Assembly: GCA_041738165.1 (NCBI GenBank)
Contig: JBGSQJ010000377.1
Span: forward strand, 1-33,488
Origin: Bdellovibrionales bacterium
GTDB lineage: Bacteria > Bdellovibrionota > Bdellovibrionia > Bdellovibrionales > UBA1609
Reading direction: 5' to 3'
Length of the DNA: 33,488 bases
In this document: positions 16,864 to 26,508 of the stretch, in pieces
Layout: each line of letters opens with the position of its first letter
Position numbering within the stretch: the first letter of the stretch is position 1
Program-made: the position numbers and the translations under genes
The notes under the pieces: generated by a model
The model's input: only the letters and a program-made list of their open reading frames with translations
The model's database searches: none
What the model was told of the DNA's origin: nothing

Positions 16864-18509
16864 ATGTCTCTCCTGTTTAACCACAAGCTAAACGCACCGG
16901 CTGCCTTTTCAGTATCCAGCTCCATCAAGTTCATGATTCGCTCTTTTAGCAGTTCGCTCTCAGCCTTGTTTGGATCCAGTGACTCTTCAAGAATTGGAAG
17001 AGCACCAGACATTCCTGGCAAAGAGTTGTCTACAGATTGCAACTCTTCTAGCTCTTCAATGGTTTTTGGTAACATATCTTCAACCGTGTCTTGAAAACTG
17101 TCTGTGATCCAGCGCATGAATGGACGGATCACGAGAAAGAAGAAGAGTCCTAAGCTCAAACTCAAAACGGCCCACTTCAAAACTGAGTTCAATAATTTTT
17201 TGCGCTCTAAAGTCGTGAGCAGTCTTTCAGCTTCAAGAAAGTCTTCTTTTTGAAATGCAATATTTTGAATGGTCACCGAATCGCCGCGTTTGTCAGAAAA
17301 CCCAATCGCACCCTTAATGATCTGCTCAAGTTTTGCCATTTCTTCGGGAGTGCGAGCCGACCACTCTTCGGTGATTTCGCCATTTTCGCCCTTGACGTTT
17401 TTGACCACGCCATCGACCAAAACAGCCACGGACACGCGTTCGATTCCGCCGGCCATTTCTCTGGTATTTTTTGTCGTTTTCGGAACTTCGAAGTTGGAGG
17501 TTTTGAGTTCTTTTCTTACGTTTTGCCTAAAGCCCACTGTTCCTGTGTCTTCTGCTCCAGGAAGATTAGCTCTCGCACCGGGAACGCCAGAGGGGTTCGA
17601 CCTAGCACCATCAAGGAGCTCTTCTTCAGTTTGTTGCGATTTCAAGGCCGTGCCGTCGGCGTTGACCTCTTCTTGCGTTGTCACGCTGGAGCGTGGATTC
17701 AATGTGGCATCCACGCGGGCAATCACTCGGCCCGTGCCGACAACTTTTGCCAAAACAGACTCAATACGCTGTTCAAGTTCTTCTTCAACTTTTGTTTTTT
17801 GTTCGAGTAGATCGCTGTTGACCAAGGAGTTCGCGTCTTTGTTCTTCGACAACACTTTTCCGCGTGAATCGACAACCGTCACTCGCTCTGGCTCCAGGTT
17901 TTCAACCGCACTCGAAACCAAATAAGTGATACCTTTGACTTGCTCAGGCATCAGGCTCTTGCCCGGATGCAGCTCTAAAACGACCGAGGCCGAAGGCGTT
18001 CCGCCCTCTTCTAAAAATGTCTTCTTCACCGGCAGAGCTAATATCACTTTGGACTGCTTAACCGCGTTCAACGTGTTGATGGAACGCATCAGTTCGCCTT
18101 GAAGCGCCCGTTGATAATTGATTTTTTGCGCATAGGAGGTCGTACCAAAGTCTTGCTTATCAAACAGCTCAAGGCCCACCTGCCCGACCTTGGTGCCCCC
18201 AAGATCCGTCATAATGGCCATTTGAGTGGCGTGCAGCAATTCTCGCGCAATCAAAATCGTTCGTCCGTCGTCGGCCAACTTGAACGGAACCCCCCGTTTT
18301 TGCAATTGATCGACGACTTGAGGCAATTGATCAGGCCCGACGTTGGTCAAGAGGGGAACGTGATTGGTTCCTGTAAGCAGTGCAATCACCACAAAGATTC
18401 CAACGACGGCAATCGAGGCCGCCGCAACAATCGACATTCGCTTCACAGGGGTCAGACTTTTGAAAAATCCCCGAAATTGAATAATAAAATGGCTGATTAA
18501 CTTAGACAC
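16860..18509 (-). CDS. fliF: Flagellar MS-ring protein FliF
   Basis: 549 aa with N- and C-terminal transmembrane segments. FliF/YscJ-like periplasmic region. GTG start. Confidence 0.92.
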   Translation of the reverse strand: MSKLISHFIIQFRGFFKSLTPVKRMSIVAAASIAVVGIFVVIALLTGTNHVPLLTNVGPDQLPQVVDQLQKRGVPFKLADDGRTILIARELLHATQMAIMTDLGGTKVGQVGLELFDKQDFGTTSYAQKINYQRALQGELMRSINTLNAVKQSKVILALPVKKTFLEEGGTPSASVVLELHPGKSLMPEQVKGITYLVSSAVENLEPERVTVVDSRGKVLSKNKDANSLVNSDLLEQKTKVEEELEQRIESVLAKVVGTGRVIARVDATLNPRSSVTTQEEVNADGTALKSQQTEEELLDGARSNPSGVPGARANLPGAEDTGTVGFRQNVRKELKTSNFEVPKTTKNTREMAGGIERVSVAVLVDGVVKNVKGENGEITEEWSARTPEEMAKLEQIIKGAIGFSDKRGDSVTIQNIAFQKEDFLEAERLLTTLERKKLLNSVLKWAVLSLSLGLFFFLVIRPFMRWITDSFQDTVEDMLPKTIEELEELQSVDNSLPGMSGALPILEESLDPNKAESELLKERIMNLMELDTEKAAGAFSLWLNRRDI

Positions 18510-18512
18510 TCA

Positions 18513-18860
18513 TCACACCTGCATCTTCATGATTTCTTGGTAAGCTTCAATGATCTTGTTTCGCACCGACACCATCAATTTCAGACCAATGTCAGCTTTT
18601 TCAGACGTAATCATCACATCCGCGATGTCGCGATTTTGCCCCGTCGCCAACTGCTGGGCTTTTTTGTCAGCCAACTTTTGTGCGTCATTCACACTGTTAA
18701 CTACATCTTTTAAGGTATCCGCAAAAGTTTTGGGCGAGGATGTGTCGGCCACTGAAGGGTGAGGAGAGCTCGGCACTTTGAGGCGCGCGTCTCGCATTTC
18801 TTTAAGAGTCGATCCTGACTCCAAAAGACTATTCGAATTTGAGATGGTCAAACCGTCCAT
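18513..18860 (-). CDS. fliE: Flagellar hook-basal body complex protein FliE
   Basis: 115 aa with a conserved C-terminus (...LMVSVRNKIIEAYQEIMKMQV). Operon position fits. Confidence 0.88.
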   Translation of the reverse strand: MDGLTISNSNSLLESGSTLKEMRDARLKVPSSPHPSVADTSSPKTFADTLKDVVNSVNDAQKLADKKAQQLATGQNRDIADVMITSEKADIGLKLMVSVRNKIIEAYQEIMKMQV

Positions 18861-18921
18861 GGCTTGCCCCCTTCATAGTTAAAGTTTAGCAGAACTTTTT
18901 TGCCTACCGTGAGCAAAAAAA

Positions 18922-19359
18922 TTATCTGCCGATTTCCAACGCACTTAAGGCCATATCCTTCGAAGCTTGAATCGCCGAGACGTTAGCCTCGTAAGAGCGA
19001 GTAGCCTGAATCATATTGGCCATTTCTTCCATCAAGTTAATTTTCGGATACGCCACGTATCCCTCTTCATTTGCATCAGGGTGATCAGGTTCATAGCGAA
19101 GATCGACCGCTTTTCGATCGACGCTCACGTCTGTCACCTGCACCCGCTGAATGTTGTCGTTAGGTGGCATCGTCACCATTTCACCAAAGTTTCGGGCATC
19201 GGGCATCGCCTCGAGCACAACATCTTTGCGGCGATAGGGGCCCCCTTCGGGGGTACGAGTTGTATTGATATTGGCTATATTTGAAGAGATCGTGTTCATG
19301 CGCGTACGCTGAGCGGCTAGACCACTAGCCGAAACGCGAAGGGCGGTCGAAAAGTCCAC
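18922..19359 (-). CDS. flgC: Flagellar basal-body rod protein FlgC
   Basis: ISSNIANINTTRTPEGGPYRRKDV motif and a C-terminal SYEANVSAI. GTG start overlapping the flgB stop by 1 nt. Confidence 0.93.
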   Translation of the reverse strand: MDFSTALRVSASGLAAQRTRMNTISSNIANINTTRTPEGGPYRRKDVVLEAMPDARNFGEMVTMPPNDNIQRVQVTDVSVDRKAVDLRYEPDHPDANEEGYVAYPKINLMEEMANMIQATRSYEANVSAIQASKDMALSALEIGR

Positions 19360-19772
19360 TATCGACCTCCCTCAGTCACAGCATATCTCATCGCTGCTAA
19401 TTTTTTGTTCATCAGTTGCAAGGCCGCCTTGTAGAGAATTGAATTCTCTTGAAGTGTAGCCATTTCACTTTCAAGATCCACACTGTTGCCATCATTTCGA
19501 GTGGCGCCTTCTGGGTTGTCATACACGTCTGCCCGAGATCTCGAAATAGACCCTGTGCCCATTGCGAAATGGTCCTGCGCGGGACTCATCTCAGAGCCAA
19601 TTCCTTCGAGATCGATGGCCCTCGCTAACGCCTCTTCAAAATCGACTTTTTTTGCTTTGTAGCCAGGTGTTTCGGCGTTGGCGACGTTCGACGACACTAT
19701 GTTTTGTCTCAGCGAGCGAAGTTTGAGTGATGCGCCCAATGCATCCGTGGTTTTGTCAAAGATCGGTTTCAT
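19359..19772 (-). CDS. flgB: Flagellar basal-body rod protein FlgB
   Basis: [15 protein letters not shown] motif. AGGGGG ribosome-binding site. Confidence 0.92.
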   Translation of the reverse strand: MKPIFDKTTDALGASLKLRSLRQNIVSSNVANAETPGYKAKKVDFEEALARAIDLEGIGSEMSPAQDHFAMGTGSISRSRADVYDNPEGATRNDGNSVDLESEMATLQENSILYKAALQLMNKKLAAMRYAVTEGGR

Positions 19773-20718
19773 GAACTTGCCCCCTGTACTCTGAAAGCTT
19801 ATTTCGCAAAGTTCTGATGCTGATTCCCAGCATTTCAGCTGCGCGAGTGCGATTCTGGCTTGTGTGCTCGAGTGTTTTTAAAATCAAAAGACGCTCGGCC
19901 TCTTCGACGGTCATCCCGGGTTTCAATTGGTTGAGGCCCTCTGAATGCGGAGACCCAAAATCTTTAAATGCCGAGGCCTCCACTTGCAGTTCACTTCCGC
20001 TACTCAACAAAACACTTCGTTCAATAAAATTTTTGAGCTCTCGAATGTTTCCGGGCCAGCTATGAGACTTTAGGGTGATCATAACGGACTCGGGGACGGA
20101 CATAGTGGCGAGCCCATTTTCTCGGCACGAATCGAGAACAAATGCCAAAACTAGGGCCTCTAGGTCCGTCGGTCTTTGCCTCAGCGGAGGAATCTCGAGG
20201 GGGATCACATTGAGGCGATAAAACAGATCTTCTCGAAAGCTGCCGTCTTTCACCATCTGTTTCAAGTTTCGATTGGTGGTCGCGACAATTCTGGTGTTGA
20301 TCTTAATGGCTGTGTGCCCACCCAATCTTTCAACCTCACCCTCTTGGAGTACCCGCAACAATTTTGTTTGCAATAGCAGGGGCAGCTCGCTGACTTCGTC
20401 CAAAAGAAAGGTACTTTCATTAGCCTGTTCAAACTTACCGATTTTTCTTTGGTCCGCACCTGTAAAGGCGCCCCGTTCAAAACCAAAGAGCTCACTTTCA
20501 AGAAGACCTTCGGGTACAGCCGCACAATTGAGTGCGATAAAGCGATTGGCACACCTTTGGCTTTTCTCATGAATAAAGCGAGCCAAAACTTCTTTGCCCG
20601 TTCCGCTCTCGCCACTGATTAGCACTGAGGCTCGACTTGCAGCGACGCTTTCAGCCATTTCATATAGCCGTTTCATGCGAAGATCCAAGCTTGGCAAAAC
20701 GGAGCTCGATAAATTCAT
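19756..20718 (-). CDS. Sigma-54-dependent transcriptional activator (AAA+ domain plus Fis-type HTH, no N-terminal receiver or sensory domain)
   Basis: Walker A (GESGTGKE) about 35 aa from the N-terminus, the GAFTGA loop, [16 protein letters not shown], and a C-terminal HTH ([19 protein letters not shown]). ATGA overlap with the upstream TPR gene and a 17-nt overlap with flgB. Confidence 0.9.
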   Translation of the reverse strand: MNLSSSVLPSLDLRMKRLYEMAESVAASRASVLISGESGTGKEVLARFIHEKSQRCANRFIALNCAAVPEGLLESELFGFERGAFTGADQRKIGKFEQANESTFLLDEVSELPLLLQTKLLRVLQEGEVERLGGHTAIKINTRIVATTNRNLKQMVKDGSFREDLFYRLNVIPLEIPPLRQRPTDLEALVLAFVLDSCRENGLATMSVPESVMITLKSHSWPGNIRELKNFIERSVLLSSGSELQVEASAFKDFGSPHSEGLNQLKPGMTVEEAERLLILKTLEHTSQNRTRAAEMLGISIRTLRNKLSEYRGQVHETDL

Positions 20719-23510
20719 TTAGATTTTCCTCCCGATCGTGTAGCCATTGCCGGAATGCGATTTATATATTTCTCGTAGTCGTCTCGAAATCTCGCATCCT
20801 CAATTTTCTCTTGACCAATTTTCCATAGAAGATCCCCATCGTGGCCTTTTAATTTTTCCCAAATTTTTGTGGCGCCCGTTAGATCGCCCTCGTTGAAAAG
20901 TATTTCACCCGCCTGATAGCGAACCTGCGCGAGCGGGAATTGCGATTCAAATCGTTCTAGCAGGCCTTGAAAGGCTTCCACTGCGGCCAGCGAGCGGCCT
21001 TGGTTCAAGAGCGCCTCACCTTTCACTTGAAGGGCCATTTTCACGACCTCTGGACCTACAGGCGAATCTTTTGTGTCGGCAGCAAGTGCTTTGTTGGCAT
21101 GGCCTTCGGCTTTTGCGGGGTCTTTTAATTTTAAATAGGCTTCGGCCAACCTCAAGTGAACTGGCGCCACAAGCGCTGGGTCGCCCTTCCATGTCTCGGC
21201 CAATTGTTCAAGGGCGCGCCGAGCCCGATCAAAATCGTTTCGACTCTCAAATACTGTGGCACTGAGCTGAACGCTTTCAATTTGTTCTTTCGGGGTCAGC
21301 TCGGCATTTCGCGCAATCTCTTTGAGTTCCCCATATGCTTTTAAATATTCTCGCTCGGCCACCGCACTCGCAGCCAGTCTGAGATGTAAACTTCCAACCG
21401 ACGGGAGATGCTCTTGCACTTTTCGTTCTTTTTCTTCAACTGTGCCCACAACCGCTAGTCGGCGCTTGAGAGCTTGTTCATAGATTCGAATCGACTCGTC
21501 GTAGGCGCCCGCGTTTTCAAACGCAGCACCGACGAAATACGGAACATCAATGCGATCTGTGTTTTTAAGCCAATTGCCCGCGTATTTAGAGTAGTATTCA
21601 AGGGACCCCATGAACTTTCCAGCATCGACTAGCGATTTGATCTGGTTGGAGATGTTTCTAAGTACCCTTGATTTAATGACGTTCAGATTCGATGAGCCCG
21701 GATTTTTCTGAAAGTAGGTGATGAGGCGATCAATGGCCTCAAGATATTCGCCCCGCCCCGTCAGCCCTTCGGCCACCATAAGATTGGTGAATTCTTTCAT
21801 GCCCTCTATGTGCAGTTCCGACGAAATTTTCTCAATTTCATCTAAACCTTTTTTGAGTTCTTTTTCTTTCATACCCTGCATTTGGCGACTCACCATTCGA
21901 ATGCGAGCCACTAGAGCGCCCGGATGCTTGGGAAACCTAAAGAAGCTCTCTAAAAATGCCCCCATGACTCTTGTTTGATCGGCGCCCAAAATATCGAGCA
22001 GTTCACCAATTCGAGTGAGCGCGTATCCGCCATTTGGATTTGTAGGAAACAGGTTTACGAATTTCACATAGTCTTCGAGCGACTCTTTGTAGTCTTTTTG
22101 CCAAAATTTAGCCTCTGCCATATTGAAAAAAGCATTGGGATACACCGTTGTGTCGGCGGGAAGGTCTTTGATCGCCGAAGCATAAGCCAATATGGCGCCC
22201 GAAAGGTTTTTTCGCAAAAACTCCACGTCGCCGAGTCGATAACGCGCCTCACGAGCATTGGCCGTTTTGGGAAACTCGTTGATGATGCCTTCATAGACTG
22301 ATTTGGCTTCATCGAATCGGCGCAAAATCAAATACGCCTCAGCTAATCCCATGCGAATTTGCGCGACCTCTTGTGATTTCGGATACTCTTTTAAAAACCC
22401 CTCAAATGTCTGCAAAGTGCTCAGAGCATCCCCACGTTCAAGCTGAGCAAAGGCCAGTATCAAGTAATTGTGCTCTCGAAGGGGACTCTCAGGAAACTTC
22501 TGTACAAGTTCATTATACAAGGCTTGGGCTCGCTCAAAATCAGCGCTCTCTCCCGACTTTCTCCAACGCTCTAGGTGAACAGACGCCGTCAAATTCTTAA
22601 GAATTTCAAGATACTGAGACTCAGGATACTTTTTCACAAAGTATTCATACGTTTTCAAATACACGGCGTGCCGATTTCTATTGAACAAAGTCAGTAAGAG
22701 GCGTGCCTCTTTGTTTTCTTTGGAGCTTTTGGGATTGATCACATACTCAGGTCGACGCTCGAGGATGCGATCGAGTTCACTGGCGTTCATTTTCAGCATG
22801 GGGAAGGGAAGGTAAACATTGTATTTTGAAGCGATAATGGCTTCTTCGCGTATTTCGTAGTCTTTGATACGAAACCGATCGTAATTGTCGTCGCCACCGT
22901 CGAAGATTCCAAATTTGAGCTTGGGATCTGGCTCGTCTGGCTTTTTGGGTACTTCAAGGAACTCGTCACCCGCGGGTCCCCGGTTCACCTTAGGTACAGC
23001 CTTGTAGCCATTTTTAGAAACTAGCGCATCGGCAGCTGCTTTTTTAGACGCGACTTGTGACTTTTTTGCCGCTTTTGGCGATGTGGCTGCAACAGATTTT
23101 TTTTCGGCAACCTCTTCAGATTTTTTATAAAAATCTATAATCAGACGCGAAGGATCATCGGTGAGGTAGTGAAACGACTCCACATCCTCGCTCGTCAGCT
23201 TAAATTTGAAAAGGTATGTACCGTCCGGGCCGTTGCGATCGACCTCGATGTTTTGAATCAACGCATCTCGAAATGACTGAATTCCAGCCAAACTCGCGTC
23301 ATCAACTGGATACACCGAAAGCTGGATCTCGTTTTTGCCGGTCTGCTTAAGATCATAATTCCAGTTTTCAGCGCCCTTAAATTCTAAGTGTGCGGTGTCG
23401 GCCAAGCGTGAAATCTCTGCACGCACAACTGCCCCATAGGCCTGGTTGCCCGCCATAGCGATTAGGCTAGTGAAAATACAGACAAAGATATTGATTCGAC
23501 GTCCTGTCAA
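20715..23510 (-). CDS. Large secreted protein: N-terminal AMIN-like domain followed by many TPR repeats
   Basis: TTG start with an AGGGG ribosome-binding site. Signal peptide (...[10 protein letters not shown]). The AMIN-like segment ends in [12 protein letters not shown] Lys/Ala-rich linker follows, then about 650 aa of TPR-like repeats. Confidence 0.75.
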   Translation of the reverse strand: MTGRRINIFVCIFTSLIAMAGNQAYGAVVRAEISRLADTAHLEFKGAENWNYDLKQTGKNEIQLSVYPVDDASLAGIQSFRDALIQNIEVDRNGPDGTYLFKFKLTSEDVESFHYLTDDPSRLIIDFYKKSEEVAEKKSVAATSPKAAKKSQVASKKAAADALVSKNGYKAVPKVNRGPAGDEFLEVPKKPDEPDPKLKFGIFDGGDDNYDRFRIKDYEIREEAIIASKYNVYLPFPMLKMNASELDRILERRPEYVINPKSSKENKEARLLLTLFNRNRHAVYLKTYEYFVKKYPESQYLEILKNLTASVHLERWRKSGESADFERAQALYNELVQKFPESPLREHNYLILAFAQLERGDALSTLQTFEGFLKEYPKSQEVAQIRMGLAEAYLILRRFDEAKSVYEGIINEFPKTANAREARYRLGDVEFLRKNLSGAILAYASAIKDLPADTTVYPNAFFNMAEAKFWQKDYKESLEDYVKFVNLFPTNPNGGYALTRIGELLDILGADQTRVMGAFLESFFRFPKHPGALVARIRMVSRQMQGMKEKELKKGLDEIEKISSELHIEGMKEFTNLMVAEGLTGRGEYLEAIDRLITYFQKNPGSSNLNVIKSRVLRNISNQIKSLVDAGKFMGSLEYYSKYAGNWLKNTDRIDVPYFVGAAFENAGAYDESIRIYEQALKRRLAVVGTVEEKERKVQEHLPSVGSLHLRLAASAVAEREYLKAYGELKEIARNAELTPKEQIESVQLSATVFESRNDFDRARRALEQLAETWKGDPALVAPVHLRLAEAYLKLKDPAKAEGHANKALAADTKDSPVGPEVVKMALQVKGEALLNQGRSLAAVEAFQGLLERFESQFPLAQVRYQAGEILFNEGDLTGATKIWEKLKGHDGDLLWKIGQEKIEDARFRDDYEKYINRIPAMATRSGGKSK

Positions 23511-23551
23511 AAGTTTAGCCCCTAATTGCAGATGTCTCCGGTGTCATGTAA

Positions 23552-23567
23552 AGCAGTTTTAGTGCCA
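23552..23567 (-). promoter_or_regulatory. Candidate sigma-54 (-24/-12) promoter: TGGCACTAAAACTGCT
   Basis: The minus strand matches TGGCACG-N4-TTGCW at 10 of 12 defined positions, with the invariant GG and GC at the canonical spacing. It lies about 40 nt upstream of the TTG start at 23510. Confidence 0.6.
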
Positions 23568-23739
23568 GATATTTTTACTACGAACATTCAGGCATTTAGC
23601 TCATTGAACTGGCCCCACGTTCAGTCTAGAATCGTCAGATTCTTACGAGCACAGGACAAATCAATGACACGACTTGAGGCAGTGAGAATTTGTACCGATT
23701 GATAATATAGAACTCTGGCATCTGGGATTGAGCACCGAC

Positions 23740-24225
23740 ATGAATCGAATTTTGCTTTTTACAATTGGCCTGTTTCTAAGCGGATGCGTAACCGTAAACG
23801 TGGGCAATAAAAATTCGAAGAAGGCCGAGGGCGTAAAACTCAACGAGCCCTCTGGACCTTTTAAAGAGTACGAAGACAGCACCGTTGATCGCGCCTGGAG
23901 AAACGGCGAAAACGGCAATACCATTTCGTTTTTTAGTGAGTGCGGCGATCCCGGCGACCCCCCACTGGATCAAATCGTAAACGGCGTTCTTTCTGGTCTC
24001 AGCCAGGTTGAAATTCAAAAATCTGACAAAGTTGAAATTCAGGGCCGAGAAGGGCGACATGTCATGGCTCAAGGCAAAGTAGATGGGGTTGAGACGGCCG
24101 TTGACCTTAGAGTTTTCAAAAGAAACCAGTGCCTTTATATCTTAAGTTTAGTCGGAGTGGTTTCGAAATTCAAAATGAATGTTGCCGATTTTGAAAAGTT
24201 CACTTCGGAGTTTCGCGCCCCATGA
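23740..24225 (+). CDS. Lipoprotein of unknown function, translationally coupled to mlaE
   Basis: Signal peptide with lipobox (LFLSGC). ATGA overlap with the next gene. The track ORF begins at a TTG at 23728; the ATG at 23740 is preferred. Confidence 0.65.
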   Translation: MNRILLFTIGLFLSGCVTVNVGNKNSKKAEGVKLNEPSGPFKEYEDSTVDRAWRNGENGNTISFFSECGDPGDPPLDQIVNGVLSGLSQVEIQKSDKVEIQGREGRHVMAQGKVDGVETAVDLRVFKRNQCLYILSLVGVVSKFKMNVADFEKFTSEFRAP

Positions 24226-24989
24226 GAACACTCCAGTTTGAAATCATAAAGCTATTTGGTGGCACCACCATTCTCGGCAAGCAAGTGGCCTCTGAATTCT
24301 TTCGAAAGCCCATTTACATTCGCTTGATCCTAGATCAAATCTATCAAGTTGGAATCCGGTCTATGCCGTTGGTCTTTATCACCGCCGGTTCGACCGGAAT
24401 GGTCATGGCCCTTCAGTTTGGTTTGGGTCTTGAAAAGTTTGGAGGCAAACTCTACATTCCAAAAATTGTTTCGATGTCGATTGTTCGAGAGATGGGACCT
24501 GTTTTTACTTGCCTCATGCTCGCGGCTCGCGTTGGCGCTGGCATCACTTCTGAAATTGGCTCTATGACAGTGACTCAGCAGATTGATGCGATTCGGGCAC
24601 TTGGCACTTCGCCAATTAAAAAAATTGTAATCCCTCGCGTCCTGGGGTGCCTTATCGCGATTCCGATTCTTGCTATTATGGCCAATTTTGTAGGTATCAC
24701 CGGCGCGCTTCTTGTTGGGGCAAATGATCTTGGACTTGACCCGGTTTTCTTTATGCAAAAGGTTTTTCAAACGATTACGATCGCAGATTTTATGTCGGGC
24801 CTTATGAAGACACCTGTGTTTGCGCTTATTATCGCGACCGTTGCCTGCTATTATGGGTTGAATGTCAAAGGTGGCACAAAGGGCGTCGGAAACGCCACCA
24901 CCTATTCAGTGGTCACCTCGTCTATTTTTATTTTGGTTGGCGATTACTTCTTAACTAAATTCTATTGGTTGTTTGAACAATGGCTTTAA
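24222..24989 (+). CDS. mlaE: MlaE-family ABC transporter permease
   Basis: 255 aa, multi-transmembrane, with MlaE/YrbE-type sequence (GPVFTCLMLAARVGAGITSEIGSMTVTQQIDA). Confidence 0.88.
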   Translation: MRTLQFEIIKLFGGTTILGKQVASEFFRKPIYIRLILDQIYQVGIRSMPLVFITAGSTGMVMALQFGLGLEKFGGKLYIPKIVSMSIVREMGPVFTCLMLAARVGAGITSEIGSMTVTQQIDAIRALGTSPIKKIVIPRVLGCLIAIPILAIMANFVGITGALLVGANDLGLDPVFFMQKVFQTITIADFMSGLMKTPVFALIIATVACYYGLNVKGGTKGVGNATTYSVVTSSIFILVGDYFLTKFYWLFEQWL

Positions 24990-25711
24990 TTGACGTGAAG
25001 CACTTCAGCAAGAGTTTTCAAGGGCGCGAAGTTCACCGCGATGTCTCGTTCACGGTCAATAAAGGTGAGTGTTTGGGTTTGGTCGGCGGCTCAGGGGTCG
25101 GAAAGTCTGTCGTGCTAAGAAGCCTCATTGGCTTAGAGCGAGCTGACTCCGGGGAAATATGGATAGAAGGCGAAGAAATATCAAAATATCGCGAACGCGA
25201 TCTTATTCGAGTCAGGCAAAAAGTGGCTTATGTGTTTCAAAATGGCGCTCTTTTTGATTCGATGACCGTTTATGAAAATCTGGCTTATCCACTTCGAGAA
25301 CACACCGAGCTCATTGAGAGCGAGATTCGAGAACGTGTCACCGAACAGCTCAGTGAATTTGATCTTTTGCATGCCATAGATAAGTTGCCCGCGGAACTCT
25401 CGGGTGGAATGCAAAAGCGCGTGGGGCTTATGCGCTCTATGATGATTGGTCCCGACGTCATTTTGTATGATGAGCCCACGGCCGGCCTCGACCCGCACAA
25501 CACTCTTAAAATTCGCGAAATCGTACTTCGCCTCAAGGCCAAAGGGGTCACATCCATATTTGTGACTCACGATATGCCCACTGCCGTGGCGGTTTGCGAT
25601 CGTTTTTGCCTATTGGCTGATGGGGTCGTTAAAGATCAGGCTCTTGTGAGCGAATTAGAAAAACGACAAGGGAGCTCAATTCAGAAGTTCATCTCAGGAG
25701 AAAGCGAATAA
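24980..25711 (+). CDS. mlaF: MlaF-like ABC transporter ATP-binding protein
   Basis: Walker A (GGSGVGKS), ABC signature (LSGGMQKR) and Walker B (ILYDEPTAGLD). Confidence 0.88.
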   Translation: MALIDVKHFSKSFQGREVHRDVSFTVNKGECLGLVGGSGVGKSVVLRSLIGLERADSGEIWIEGEEISKYRERDLIRVRQKVAYVFQNGALFDSMTVYENLAYPLREHTELIESEIRERVTEQLSEFDLLHAIDKLPAELSGGMQKRVGLMRSMMIGPDVILYDEPTAGLDPHNTLKIREIVLRLKAKGVTSIFVTHDMPTAVAVCDRFCLLADGVVKDQALVSELEKRQGSSIQKFISGESE

Positions 25712-26494
25712 ATGGAAAGCACCAAGAGAAGCGAGATCAAAGTTGGACTGTTTGCCTTAACCGGGGTCATTCTCTTTTGTGTTTCTATTATTCTTTTGGG
25801 CGGTGACAAGTGGATCTTGAAACGAACTTATGCGCTCAAGGTCATGTTGCCCCAAGTTCAAGGGTTAGCTAAAGGCAGCGTCGTCTCATTGAGCGGAGTG
25901 CCCATAGGCAACGTGACTGAGCTCGATTTCAAAGCCGACTCGAATGAAGTTGAAGTGACGGTCAAAATTGATCAAGGGGCTCAAGCAAGAATCACCAAAG
26001 GTTCAATGGCCACGATTAAAACTCAAGGCGCGCTCGGCGATAAATACATATTTATTCAGCCCGGTCCGTTTGGAGCACCGGCTTTACAAGAAGGTGAAAT
26101 GCTCGAGACGGATCGGTCGCCAGATTTCTTAGACATTATGGCCGCTAAGGGTGCCGAATTTGGCGAGGTCGTCAACGTGATCAAAGAGATGCGCATTCTG
26201 CTTGAGGGAATCAACAAAGACGGCGACGGTCGCCATCTGATCTCCAATTTGGCGAGTGCCGCCTACGAGGCGCGCGAGACCCTTAAGATTGTTCGAACAG
26301 AAACGTTGGTGCCGCTCAACAGTGTCATGAGAAAACTCGATGCGGGGCAAGGCACTTTGGGCGCTCTTATCAATGACCCCAGCTTACACAATCGCTTACT
26401 CGGCATCGTGGGCTCAAATCAGCGCAATCAGTTTCTTAAGCCACTGATTCGAGAATCCATTCAAACCTATGAAAAAAAAACCAGCAAGCCTTAG
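25712..26494 (+). CDS. mlaD: MlaD/MCE-domain substrate-binding protein
   Basis: N-terminal transmembrane anchor, then an MCE domain (GLAKGSVVSLSGVPIGNV...). Follows mlaE and mlaF. Confidence 0.85.
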   Translation: MESTKRSEIKVGLFALTGVILFCVSIILLGGDKWILKRTYALKVMLPQVQGLAKGSVVSLSGVPIGNVTELDFKADSNEVEVTVKIDQGAQARITKGSMATIKTQGALGDKYIFIQPGPFGAPALQEGEMLETDRSPDFLDIMAAKGAEFGEVVNVIKEMRILLEGINKDGDGRHLISNLASAAYEARETLKIVRTETLVPLNSVMRKLDAGQGTLGALINDPSLHNRLLGIVGSNQRNQFLKPLIRESIQTYEKKTSKP

Positions 26495-26508
26495 GGGTTT
26501 TCGACGAC

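Noticed and set aside
17250-17925. Two long + strand ORFs (186 and 218 aa) antisense to fliF
   Set aside because: They are Ser/Thr/Pro/Phe-rich, with no ribosome-binding site or recognisable motifs. One is the exact codon-antisense frame, where stops only arise from sense TTA, CTA or TCA codons. This is a typical shadow-ORF artefact inside a well-supported gene.
18896-18920. Hairpin ttttttgc-ctaccgtga-gcaaaaaa between flgC and fliE, as a possible terminator
   Set aside because: The stem is almost entirely A/T with only two G:C pairs and no clean U-tract after it on the minus strand. It is unlikely to terminate transcription. It could be a minor RNA-processing or stability element, but that cannot be judged from sequence.
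20547-20561. Sigma-54-like TGGCAC-N5-TTGGC motif on the + strand
   Set aside because: It lies inside, and antisense to, the activator coding sequence. The -12 element is off-consensus and there is no downstream + strand gene.
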